NCBI RefSeq assembly: GCF_001194135.2
Contig: NC_069005.1
Location: 12,374,482 to 12,438,481 of the forward strand
Direction of reading: 5' to 3'
From: Octopus bimaculoides
Lineage: Eukaryota
Length of the DNA stretch: 64,000 nt
The notes under the pieces were generated by a model, which saw only the letters and a list, made by a program, of their open reading frames with translations, ran no database searches and was not told where the DNA came from. The position numbers were made by a program, and so were the translations under genes. Each line of letters starts with the position of its first letter. Position 1 is the first letter of the stretch. Of this stretch, positions 36,276 to 49,185 are shown piece after piece.

Positions 36276-36799
36276 TGTTAGTGCACCCGACAAAACAGCA
36301 TTCTGTCCGTCTTCACGTTCTCAGTTCAAATTCCACCGAGGTCAGATTTGCCTTTTAAAGCTTCCGGATCGATAAGATAAGTACCAGATAAACACTGGGG
36401 TCGATGTAATCGACTAGTCCCCGTAAAAATGATTACCGCTAATGCAATTTAAATTATATAATCTAATTACATTGTTCAACCTTCAGAGTCTTATAAGTTT
36501 CATAACTAATTTTAGTGCGTAAGTGTAAGTGTTGTTACCACTGGTTCGGCAGCAACTGTCATAAATTAGGTTTAGAACCTAGTTTATATGTTACATGTTC
36601 TAAGGGTCTCTTAAGATTTGACTATTTGTCGTTAGTAAAAAGGATTTTTATTAATGATCCAGTGTGTTCTCCGCAGTTCATCACTTTAATGGAGCTGCAA
36701 TCTTGTATCAGAAAATAACGAAGATTAGGTGCCTGACATCTGAAATTTCATCACTACCCTCTACCAGTCTGCCAATATGGCCAGTGGAAGTTCTAAGGT

Positions 36800-37470
36800 A
36801 TCATTATAGATAGAAATCTAGTGGTGTGTAAGAGAAATGACTTCCTGGGAGGAACTTTAGGCGCCGATGGCTACGTACTAGCTGGTTTGTTTCCGAGGAC
36901 TTTCAGGCCAAGTAATTCCATGGATATCTTCCGGAAATCCCTGGCTTGGAAGTACTACCGAGAAGCACTGCCAGTTCGAGATTAACTCTACAGACACGGA
37001 AACGCTGTCATACAAGACTGTCCATGATGCGCGCAGAGCGATGAAACCGTTCTACAGTGTCCGAGTATTGTTCTCTTGTGGAGCAGCTGTTCTCGCGTTT
37101 GGAACGAATTCGATTACCGGTCGAGTCCATGATGAAGATCGGCCAACCACCCATCCTAAACAAGGCAGAGTGAGTGGTGTTCCACTGTCTTGTGGTTATG
37201 GCGTAAGAGGTTATGTGATTGACAAAGCTGAAAGGATTAATTACGAAACCTTCCTTTTAGTTCAATCCCTCATCGACTTTTTCAAGTTCCACTTCGAAAG
37301 GAAAGTGAGGGAGAAGAGTGAAGTGTCACCACCCAGTGAATAGGTAAAAAAATATGTGAGTGTGGCAAAAATGGTTAAAGTGAATGCACTTGAAGATTCG
37401 GGAATCTTTATTGGCCAGCGTAATGCTGGATCTGTGGGATTCCTTTAATGACCCTAGCTGGATTACTCCT
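36800..37470 (+). mobile_element. L1/Tx1 LINE relic: ORF2 C-terminal zinc-knuckle region
   Basis: GLFPRTFRP..DIFRKSLAWKYYREALPVRD*LYRHG..DCP*CAQSDETVL, ..FFKFHFERKVR and ..YVSVAKMVKVN. Same strand as 34560-35550, so probably one element lacking its RT. Confidence 0.85.
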
Positions 37471-40400
37471 GTATTTGAGGAATGCATCGTTCATTTTACC
37501 ACATACACACCATATATGTTGTTACTGCATTTCACCGTCTTTTCCAGTTTTTGTTCTCATTCTTTATGCAAATCTACGCACGAATAATTGACTATTTTTA
37601 TGATGTGCTCCTCATCTATGCTCTTGTGATTAATAAAAGAAATCATTATCATCGTCATCGTCGTCGTCGTCATTGTCGTCATCACTATCACTGAAATCTC
37701 ATATTTCCCTAAGTTTCTAGCGAAGTCATTCAAAGGAAATTTTCCATAGAAAATGCAAATATTTTCTCTTTCTTTCTAAATCGAGAACCAACAACAAGTA
37801 ATGTCTAAAACAATCGCAACAGGAACTGTTAATCATATCTTGTTTATGAAAGTCAATTATCATTATATCAATGTATTGTAAAAATATTCATTAAATATTT
37901 GCTACAAGGGGAATATTTGTAGTGAGTTAATTGAAAACCAGCAGCCTTTATCGTATTGTGACTACTGTAGAGTCTTGTTTCAATATCTCTAAATCATCGG
38001 CTAAGTTTACAAACCTTGACCAAACCGATGGAGTACATCGCTCTGCGGGTCAACGAGCTGTCTGTTTCTAAAACAGCTTTGTGGTTATGCTGTATGAACA
38101 GAAATTCCATGATAAATTCATAAAAGATCCTCTACGTCACATATTTGTTTTGACTTATGGTAAGTAGATATATAAGTGGATAACTTATATAAAGTTATCC
38201 ACTCTGTATGTAATTTATGATTATGTTCAATATTAAGTGGAGTTAGTGGATATTATCTGATATGACTATGTAATTTGCTATGATACTATAAATGTATTGT
38301 GCTGGTTGGAAATATAATCTGCTAATATAGGTTATAAACAATTATATCACTTGGTGGGTTATTTGATATCATGATTTTAAATATCATACTGAGTGACTAT
38401 AAAATCTGGTATCATGATATATTGCATTGCATGACTGTAAAAATTACTATAACTTATACATATTTGATAAAGTGAGATGTAGTTAACGGAATGCGATAAA
38501 TTCTTAGTTAATTGAAATTTTTCATTTAGTTGCAGAAAGAAGACGTTATGTTAGCGACTTTCTAACTGAAGTGGAGTTAACGTTGTGAAATGAAGAATCC
38601 ATTTCACTAAAACATTAGTTTATTTGCTTAAAAGGTGAATGGATTTTTGTCAACATGGAAAATGAAAGCAATAGTCTTGCTTCTGCTTTAGTGGACATCG
38701 TTATTGAAATATGAACAAAATTGAGCTTGCGTAAAATATCGGCAATGATTTTGGCATGTAGAAAAAGAAGAGATTTTCCATTAGAAATTTGCATGCTTAG
38801 GACGTTCAGTTAGCTAATACTCCTAAACCACGGACAGAAGCATACTGCCCATGTAGGATTTACACTAAATGACCTGTGAATGATTAGTTCACTACAACAG
38901 CCATGGTCGACGAAGCTGAAATAGCATGGACGAATACCAAATGGACGACGCATTTTCATAAAAATGCGTCGCATTAACAGAGGGCTACTAGAAGGCCAGG
39001 TTGAATAATTACACATCGTATTGAAAATTTCAGGAAAAGCGTTGTCGAAAATCTTGCCGGTTATATATAGTGATTGGAAGAGGAGGCAAGCTCAAATAAA
39101 ATCGACTAGAGATTGGTTGAAAGCGTTAGACTGCATCATAATGGAAATAGGAAATGATTGAGTCTGCTTGGCAGGAAGGATTTCACAAGGTCCGGGCGCT
39201 TTTCTGAACTCGAAAGGCGAGACTTTCGCATACTGCTTTCATGAACATAAATTTGTTTTGGTAACGTGGCAATGTCGCTTTACGAGTTTAATAAGGTTAC
39301 TCACACGGCTTACAAACTTCACCTAACGTTAATGCTAATCCATTGAGAATAACTCTGCCTTTCCTCTTTCTTCCTTCCGACATTACATTTTGTTCACTAA
39401 ATTGTGTTCAATTCTTTCGCTAAACCTGAATCAGACTTGAGGCTATATAGCTTTAGTGCTGACGAGACTATAAGCTTGTGGATAGCATGTATGAAATGTC
39501 AATATATTGAACTGGTGATATACAGCGCGAAACTGAAGGTAATGTTCTGACCAGTTATCTACATTAACGTGGAATATATTTTGCGACGATATACGTGTAT
39601 ACATATATATATTTATCTGTTTGTGTATATATGTGTACATATATACATATTCTGAGAGGGGAATATGTTTAATAAAATGCTAATTAACTGATCCTTTTGT
39701 ATTTTCTTTTACCCAAAGCCAGGAAATGTTAGGCACCCCCATCGTATATCGACTGAAAGAAATACAGGTAAACACTCATGTTTTCTCGTATTTTTTTCCA
39801 TCAGATCACCGTAGTATTTTTCAGCAATTATGTATAATCGTGTGGTCTTTCTTTCGACTCCTCTTTTCCGAGGGATTGCGATATTTATATCTGCTCATAG
39901 CAGTGGCTTTTTTATATTGCATACATAATTGCGGCTTATTTGATAGTGTAGCCATGAAAAACTCTCAGTATGTGAATGTACATATATTAATATAAAATCT
40001 TTATCCGTGCAAAGCGACTAATAGCAAATACCTACATTAAAAATATCTAAATTAACTTTGCTTTCTTTTGAAATATAACGGGCGGCAAACAGCAATATCC
40101 TTACTTTTGATGTAAGGCCTTAACTTATTCATATTGATCGCTCTCAAAATATAAAGACAAATCTTTCCATAATTTTCATTTTTTAACTTTCATTTCATAA
40201 AGTAGTTTACAATATTTCATTATTTTTGTTTGAATTGTTTTTTTTTTATATTTTACTAGTTTTTGCTTTAATTTTTTGATTTCATATTCTATTGTTTTTT
40301 TGCCTTAATTTTTTGGTTTTATATTTTCTAACACCAATTCATATATTTTTCTTTATATTTATTTATTTTTGTATCGTTATCATTAACTATGCTGAGAAAC

Positions 40401-41520
40401 AAAGAGACTTACTTCCAAAGTTTATTTGGCAAAACGTATATATGCGAAATATCTCACACAAATAATGTTATTTATCGATTGATCTCAATATCATGGCAGA
40501 AGAATAAAAGAAAATAAAAACAAAACCAAGCAGAAACAAAAAATAAAAATAGCACACAAGAAGAATAATTATTTCCTTCAAGTGTTTGTTTGAGATGATA
40601 AAACAACGTGAGAAAAATAGCAAGCGAAGCTGGTGGTACGTCTTTTGTTGCCTTGTAGGCAACTTAACAAGGGGAGATAATTAGTATATTGTATTAGTTT
40701 ATTGAATATATGCTACTATTTGTCGAACAGTTAATTTTACCTTAGCTGTCGTGGAACTTAAAATATTATAAGCTATGACAAAAAACGAGATATAAAATTA
40801 ATTAACTTTTCCTACAAAAGTCACATGTACTATACCTATAACAATGGTAGCAAAAACAAGGACCAATTAATATCCTACATGCACCAGCACTACCACCTCT
40901 ACCACCACCATCACCACCACCACCACCACATATCATCAATACTACTACTACTATTGCTGCTGCTGGAAGCAGAAGCCATATGAAATAATTATCTTCCTAT
41001 ATTCTATTCATAATAATTTTAGTGCAAATGTTTCTTTGTACTTCTATTTCCCTCCTGTCAGTAAAACTTTAAAATGGTTTAACTTTATAGATATGCGTAT
41101 AAATATGCGTGCGCGTGTGCGTATGTGATGTGCCTGTGTAAATGTGCGTGTATGTATACATATGACTATCCATGGACACACACTCACAAAAATGTATATA
41201 TGCATAGATGCATATTTTAGTGTGTATATGTGTATGTGTGTCTGTGTGTGGTTGTATGTGTTTGAATATGCACACGCGTGTGTCTGTTGGTGTGTGGGGG
41301 GTGCGTATCTGTGTTCATCTTCTTTTTTGCCGTTAATTGTCCCTCGCTGTTAGGATGTTTTTCGCCACATAGCTAAATCGTTCGCCAAAAGATGTTCATA
41401 AGTTCTGGATTTTACAGATATACTGCAACCAAATTGTGCCAACTAAAAAATCAAGGTTGTGTCACCCAGTATAGTCGCAGTCAAATAAAAAAAAAACACA
41501 TAAAAATATAAAATAAGAAG

Positions 41521-41890
41521 AAACAAGCGCACTCAGAGAGCGCAAACCTCCGCCAAGGCAACACCAACACCCTTTCAATGATTAGCCAGAGATTATTTTT
41601 AAAATTAGAATATCTGAAATAAACTCGACTTCTGACACGAACGAGAATACTAAAAATGAACCAGACCGCTCTCAAAAATTAAGTAAAAAAAAGGTAAAAT
41701 ATTCCAGAATCCTTGTCCGGTACCAGAACGATCCTAAGATTTATCACTTCGTGCCAGTCAAGGGGCCAAACATCTCTGAAAGTTTCATCCGAATCCATGC
41801 AATGGTTCTTGAGATATCTTTTCCACGGACAAACAAACAAATAAACAGGACTGAAAACAATACCTCTGCTTTAGCGAAGGCGGAGGTAAT
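41521..41890 (+). mobile_element. Helentron/DINE-1-like non-autonomous rolling-circle element
   Basis: 5' ACAAGCGCACTCAGAGAGCGCAAACCTCCGCCAAGGC; core GAAAGTTTCATCCGAATCC..GAGATATC; (ACAA)n; 3' hairpin TACCTCTGC..GCGGAGGTA. Subterminal IR ACCTCCGCC (41546-54) / GGCGGAGGT (41879-87). Confidence 0.7.
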
Positions 41891-42084
41891 AACGGAAAAG
41901 GTTATAAGCATGTTTTTGATCCTGCAGTGGACCTGTTGAACAAGGGTTGATATAGGGCTGATAATAAGTTGATATAGGGCTGGTGAGGAGAAATGTATAT
42001 TGATCATGTGCCATTAGTAAGGATTTGTGAGTGAGATGTCTGAAAGGAAAAGAGTGTCTGTATGTCAAACATGCGTATATGAGA

Positions 42085-42310
42085 CATGAGGATATATTAG
42101 TTTCAAATTCCAGCACAAAGCCAGTATGTTCCTGGGAAGTGCAAGTCAATTACATCGACCCCAGTGCTCAAATGGGACTTTAATTTAAAGACCCTGACTG
42201 GATGAAAGGCAAAGTCGACCCCAGCGGCATTCGAACGCAGAACGTAAAGTTGGAAAAGATGTTACTAAGCTTTTTGCCCAGTACAGTAAAGATCGTGCCA
42301 ACTCACGGCC
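42085..42310 (-). mobile_element. SINE family A copy
   Basis: Reverse core GATGAAAGGCAAAGTCGACC. Confidence 0.85.
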
Positions 42311-42376
42311 GTATACATGCGTAAATACTAGAAGCTTACAATATGCGAAATCAGATAATCTTTCTATTGCCTCAAC

Positions 42377-42415
<39 letters not shown>

Positions 42416-43221
42416 TAAATGGTATGTATGCGGGTGTGTAGTTGCATACTAATTTATATGCGCGTGTATTTTATATACTTATATCTATATATATGGGTGT
42501 GCATAAAACATATAATATATATATACACACGTGTATAGATGTATGTATGTATGTATGTATCTATGTATGTAAGCATATATATTTATGTGTATGTGTGTGT
42601 GTATGTTTGTACATACGTTTATATGTATATATTTATGTGTTTGTATGCATTTGTTTCTTCAAAACATATTACGAAACAATTTACCGTCAGTGTAATGAAT
42701 TATCAAGTATCTACAGTATTTTTTCATATGTTAAAAGGTTTAAATTTCACGGCTTCATTACCTAAGTATGAATCTGACCAAAGTCAATCAGTGGATGGAT
42801 TTTTCTTGTTTGTTTTTGTCTTTCATATCCTGTTTTCGAATCCTCAATGGAATTTTCGGTTGTATAGCTTTTAGGATGTCGACTAATTGGTGACCCTGAT
42901 TATGAGTAAACGTTGTATACAGCTGTTGAAAATTGCTGGTTAATCAGGTTTTAAATGTGTTGCAACAGGTTTTGATATATATCTGTACGTGCATCTCAAA
43001 AACATTTTCATATGTGTCTGCTAAACGTTCATGCCCGTTTACTGCCTTTTTTAGTAAGTTTTTGTGGCATACTTTCTTAGTAATATTATGCTTTCCTTTC
43101 ATACGTTCCAAGTTACTTCGGTAGTTTAAAACATGTGAATATGTATGATATGATGCCAGGGAATACATTCTGAGTATCACATGTTTTATCACATGTTTTA
43201 CACAGGAAAGCAATGTGATAA

Positions 43222-43274
<53 letters not shown>

Positions 43275-46200
43275 GCGTGCGTGCGTGCTTGCTGCATGTG
43301 TATCACTCCTCGTAATTTTTATATTATATTTATCTGATTCGATGGGGCGTTTCATAAGGTAATACATTTATGTCGACATATGGAATGCAGTTCTTGTCTT
43401 TTATTAAAGGGTGCACAATAGCGAGTTAATGTGTGAGATATTTCTACTTAACATTGATTGCACATTCATGCATGAATACCCTGACATAACACTTTGATTT
43501 CATTCTTTTACGTTCCCGAAAGCAAACACAGGGAAAAGGAGAGTAAATAGAACAAACATAATTGACTTACCTTGCACTACTAAATGGCTAGTATCTACTA
43601 TCAATTGTCCATGTATACCATAGCAGAATGACGCAACATATCTATCCCAAAATATCTGGAAGTTGAAATTCATACATAATGTATGAATTCGGTAAGAATG
43701 AAGAAAAGTGAAGAGTCTGCTAATTAGTATGTTCTACTGCTTGACTGTTGATTTTGATTAGCCCCCGAAGTCAATCCCTATCCTGGTAGGTCAACATATG
43801 ATCAAATTTATAAAATATAAGCTCACCTACCTACCTACCTACCTAAAAAGGCTGTATCAGTCTAAATATCTATCTATTAATAGATGAAGAAGTAGATAGA
43901 TAGACTCATTGATTGATTTATTACAGTTTATTGAAAGCTTGAAACATTAAACAATAATAGGAAGGTTGATAAAGCAGTTGTAGCGTATATGAAGAAGTAG
44001 AAACGGCGGTTTTGATGGCTGGGAAAAAATCAAGAGGCAAAAAAGAGAAGTAAACACAAAGAAATGTGAGAAAATTATTAAACGGAAAACATAAAGGAAA
44101 CTAGAGAAGATATAGGCTTCACACTGTAAAGTATGAACTAAAATGTTAGGGTAATAAAAATAGCAGTGTAAATCCGATTTTCTGGTAGAAACCAAAAGCG
44201 CTATATTCTGGCATAAAGTAATTACAAAGTAAATATTTACTGGTTAATCTTTTAAAACACGTGAGTCTTGAAATACTTTAATAGATTTTTCATTTAAATA
44301 CTTCTTTCTACGAAATTTTGAATGAAGAATTCATGTTATACGAAGCCGTTTATCCTAGAATGTATTGTTTCATTTTAAATACAGCCGGTCTTGATTCGTT
44401 CTTATATTTCAACATCGTCAAGAGTTCTTCACAAACTCTCAAATTGTTATCATTTTCACTCTTATGTGCTCGTGTTTTCTATATTGTTCAGTGGGTTTTG
44501 TCTAAGTGAAATGATACAGCAATAAAATTCTATTTGAACTGGTCGAATATCTCTGCATGCATCTCTTCAACTATCATAGATAATATCAGTGTCAGTATTG
44601 ATCTGGAATTTTCAAGTGATGTTTAATATTTACGTAATGTGGGTGACGAACAGGCGGATATAGACAAGTTATTGAAATCCATATTCCTTATCTGGTCAAT
44701 AATCTTTCTTCGGTTGACAACTAAAGCTGAACATTAATCCTAATCTAATTTTATTCAGTCCCAGGAGAATGTTTTGTCCAGCTCTAACAGCCTTTCGATG
44801 TCGTGAACATACTTATTCATTAATATAAAAAAGGTATGGTTGACATTAATATCAATTTCTTTTGAAGAATATTAACATTTAATATTGGCTTTTTCTCAGC
44901 AGGAGTGAGAAGAGCTCAAGGGATTCAACTCCAGATTGAACTATTAGCGACCATACAATAGCCTGGAATATTCTCATCGTTACACCCAATTATCTTTGTT
45001 ACAGGAGCAGGTGAATTATATATTGTACATAACGTGTTAAATTTTATAAATTTAGTTATAGTTATATTTGACAGCACTCGGTTGTTAAACACCTACCTAT
45101 ACCTAGTTGTATTTGACCAGGATTCAGTGTTATCCGGTTGAGTCTTCTTATTTTTATCGCAAGGCGTATTAAATTTACGACGTATATATCTCTTGTTGGA
45201 TATTATAAACGGATATATATATATATGTACATATATATATATATATATANNNNNNNNNNNNNNNNNNNNNNNNNNNNNNNNNNNNNNNNNNNNNNNNNNN
45301 NNNNNNNNNNNNNNNNNNNNNNNNNNNNNNNNNNNNNNNNNNNNNNNNNNNNNNNNNNNNNNNNNNNNNNNNNNNNNNNNNNNNNNNNNNNNNNNNNNNN
45401 NNNNNNNNNNNNNNNNNNNNNNNNNNNNNNNNNNNNNNNNNNNNNNNNNNNNNNNNNNNNNNNNNNNNNNNNNNNNNNNNNNNNNNNNNNNNNNNNNNNN
45501 NNNNNNNNNNNNNNNNNNNNNNNNNNNNNNNNNNNNNNNNNNNNNNNNNNNNNNNNNNNNNNNNNNNNNNNNNNNNNNNNNNNNNNNTATATATATATGA
45601 CAGGTGTCGTGTATCCTTATTCGTTATAATATGTGAGTCTGGTATTATAACTTTAAACCTTATCGTATTTAATATGATTTGGGCGTCATCAATCTATACG
45701 TTATTACTTTTAAGAAGAATTTTCTACTATGTAGTTCATGTTGTTATATTAGTCCCCATGTAATATTGTAATAATATCAATATCTGTTCCATGTTCCAAT
45801 AGTATTATTCCTGATATTTCTGTCTCCTATTCCCATGCATTTTAGTTTTACAATTATTAAATTCTCTATCGTAAGTTTGTTTCTATATATATATTTATCT
45901 ATATCTAATTGCTAGATTGTTCTAATGGCAGTTGCCTGTTATCTCATCATACACCTTTATATCATAGCGTTCAGCATTCTTTTTAGCTTATCCTGTCTTT
46001 GGTGTTACAGTTTTGTCTCATTATTTATATTTTCGTTCTTTTAGATGTATACTTTAGAGTTCTCTTGTACTTTTAGAAGAAATCCTTTTTACTCCAATGT
46101 TTTAACTTAAGGGTAATATTCATTGTTTCACCGATTTCCCTATATATTAATCTTTGTTTAACAAAATAACCAGGAGTCTCACATATTGCGTGATGGCAGT

Positions 46201-46377
46201 TGCCACATATTGTGGCAAAGAATATAATGAACCCAATGATTGTATACCTCATTCGTTTTACTAAATATACATTCAGTGTTTTATGGTTATATACGGAACG
46301 AAGGGAAAGAAAAGAGACAAACAGACAAAAGGGAATATTAGATGCATAACGATTTGAATTCTTGAAGTTTCAGATTA

Positions 46378-47865
46378 TACTGGTGTACAGAGACATCGAG
46401 GCAAACAAAAAAATAGTTGTTCTAGCTTAATTTTGGAGTGCTGATTTCAGATACAAAACCAGTTTTCACTCATCGCCCCTAGCTTTATGATCAATTTTTA
46501 TTTTGTTTTCCAGATTTTTGTGATACATATGATACATGTCTCTACAATGGCTTCAGGCACTTCAAAACACCGAGGATGCATCAACGAGGCAAATTCATTC
46601 TGCTACATGTGTGGAGATTTCACGACAGTTGCACCGCGCCGAACAATTACGTCCATCCTGAGAACTACTTACTTTTATTATTTTGAATGTAAAATTGGAG
46701 ATCAGGAGAAATTCTTGGCTCCACACATCTGTTGTAAACCCTGCTACAATGGACTAATTGCATGGTTTAACTTTGCTGATTTTAACATGGTTTAAGATTG
46801 CCTTCAACTTTGCTGTCTCGATGATCTGGAGAGAGCTACGCAGCCATGCAACTGGTCGTTATTTTTGTCTAACAAATATAACAGGTTTCAATGCATCTTC
46901 TAGAACAAAGATCAAATATCCTAAATTTCTTCAGCTATGAGACCCGTTTGTCAATCAGATGATGTTTCTGTCTTTAGAGACCCCCAGCAAATAAGGATCT
47001 TCTTCCTGATGAACACAGTGTCCAAGAAAATCCTCAAGTGGACATGAACAAGGGGCTTCTTCCTTCTCTTCATATCAAACTTGGTTTACTGAAACATTTC
47101 GTGAAGGCCATGGACAAAAATGGCGCTGCCTTCCAACACTTGTGCACCCTGTTCCCAGCTCTCAGTTCTGCTAAGCTCAAAGAGAGAATCTTCATCTGAC
47201 GTCAGATCCGAGATGTGCTGAAGGATAAGGACTTTAAAGGAACTGAAAGAATGTGAAGCATTTAAGTCATTCTGCCATGGCTTCCTTGATAAGACACGGG
47301 TACTAGATTATCGTTCTTACAGTCTTATGAGGATATGGGATGCCGAATCAAAACTCACTTTCTCCACTTCCACCTCAACTTCTTCCCTCTGAAGCTCGGA
47401 GCAGTGAGTGATGAGCATGGAGATAGGTTCCGCCAAGATATTACTAAGATGGGGAGTAACTACTAAGATAAGCGGAACCCAGCATGATGGGGGACTTTTA
47501 GTGGATGCTCTTGAGTGACATCCTGGAAGCAAAGTACACAATTTGTCCAAAAAGGCTCACTTCTAACAGTCTGCTGTACTATGATTTGTGTGTATTGTAT
47601 TATCCAGGTAATTTATTTCCATCGATGTTCTGTATCTATGCTGTTTATTTTTTCTGTAATATACCATGGTAACAGATGAAATAAGCACAAATTTTGAATT
47701 TATACGCAATATAATTAAAGTGGGATATGTGAAAACAAAAATAACTATAGGTGATAGAGCATTTCTGTTTAAAAAGCTGAATTCACCTTGAACTGTAATT
47801 ATAATTTTTACTGGAGAAAATCAAAAACACCATCTGGCCTTCCAGCTAAAAACCTTGTCCACTTG
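46378..47865 (+). mobile_element. Chapaev3-like (CMC) DNA transposon, internally deleted pseudogene
   Basis: From ATG at 46547: GCINEANSFCYMCG..YFECKIGDQEK..APHICCKPC, MIWRE, LHIKLGLLKHFVKAMDK, AKLKE and GAVSDEHGDRFRQDI. The central DSSK/CGDLK/CCFLC segment is absent. Termini are approximate. Confidence 0.8.
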
Positions 47866-48525
47866 AATGCAAAAAGTTCGTTTCCTTCCTCACACAAAAG
47901 GTCACTAAAAAAGAAAGAAAAAAACATATTGAATCAAGCAAGTCTGACCACACTGATAAGAAACCACGCCTCNNNNNNNNNNNNNNNNNNNNNNNNNNNN
48001 NNNNNNNNNNNNNNNNNNNNNNNNNNNNNNNNNNNNNNNNNNNNNNNNNNNNNNNNNNNNNNNNNNNNNNNNNNNNNNNNNNNNNNNNNNNNNNNNNNNN
48101 NNNNNNNNNNNNNNNNNNNNNNNNNNNNNNNNNNNNNNNNNNNNNNNNNNNNNNNNNNNNNNNNNNNNNNNNNNNNNNNNNNNNNNNNNNNNNNNNNNNN
48201 NNNNNNNNNNNNNNNNNNNNNNNNNNNNNNNNNNNNNNNNNNNNNNNNNNNNNNNNNNNNNNNNNNNNNNNNNNNNNNNNNNNNNNNNNNNNNNNNNNNN
48301 NNNNNNNNNNNNNNNNNNNNNNNNNNNNNNNNNNNNNNNNNNNNNNNNNNNNNNNNNNNNNNNNNNNNNNNNNNNNNNNNNNNNNNNNNNNNNNNNNNNN
48401 NNNNNNNNNNNNNNNNNNNNNNNNNNNNNNNNNNNNNNNNNNNNNNNNNNNNNNNNNNNNNNNNNNNNNNNNNNNNNNNNNNNNNNNNNNNNNNNNNNNT
48501 GTATGTATGTATCTATGTATGTTTG

Positions 48526-48559
<34 letters not shown>

Positions 48560-49150
48560 TGTATGTATGTATGTATACAACTATTCTGTGCATCAGCGTG
48601 GCCGCCGTTTAATTACAGAAACTAGTAAATCATAAAGGATATATGTATATATTGACGTCGGATCAATTTTTTTTAATTTTCGAGACGTTGTTAAATAATT
48701 CTTTATGAAATAAGGGATGACGTGGCATATAAAGCTATAGATAATATCAGCATGTACATATTGTGTTAACAGTTTCGAAGGAGGCCCCCGGGTTCTGAAG
48801 TTATATTTCCTATTATCATAACAAAATCAAACACGAGCGGTTATTATAAAGTATTTAACTACATCATATAACGTTCATGCCATTAACATCAGGTGATTAT
48901 TAAATACATAATGCAAATTACACAAGACTTGTTGAATCAACACAAGCGTAATTTTTGCACGTGTCATTATTAGATTGAAAAGAAAACTGAATCCACCATT
49001 GTGGAGCTGGCTAACGACAGCACAATAAGAGCTAGCGGAAGCAAAATATGCCGTTATCAGATGGACGGAAACTAACAAGTGACCGTATCTGTGGATCAGC
49101 AGGTGTATTTGTGCATAAATATGGGTTTTATGTATGTGTATCTATGTGTT

Positions 49151-49185
<35 letters not shown>

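Noticed and set aside
38800-39200. GC-richer tract with DWKRR..RDWL..A.R, possibly an RTE 3' end
   Set aside because: Too degenerate to assign by eye.
44500-46150. Possible PLE N-terminal relics on the - strand (LTPAEK..IL) flanking a (TA)n gap; similar hints at 55550-56090
   Set aside because: Only isolated short motifs; needs a profile search.
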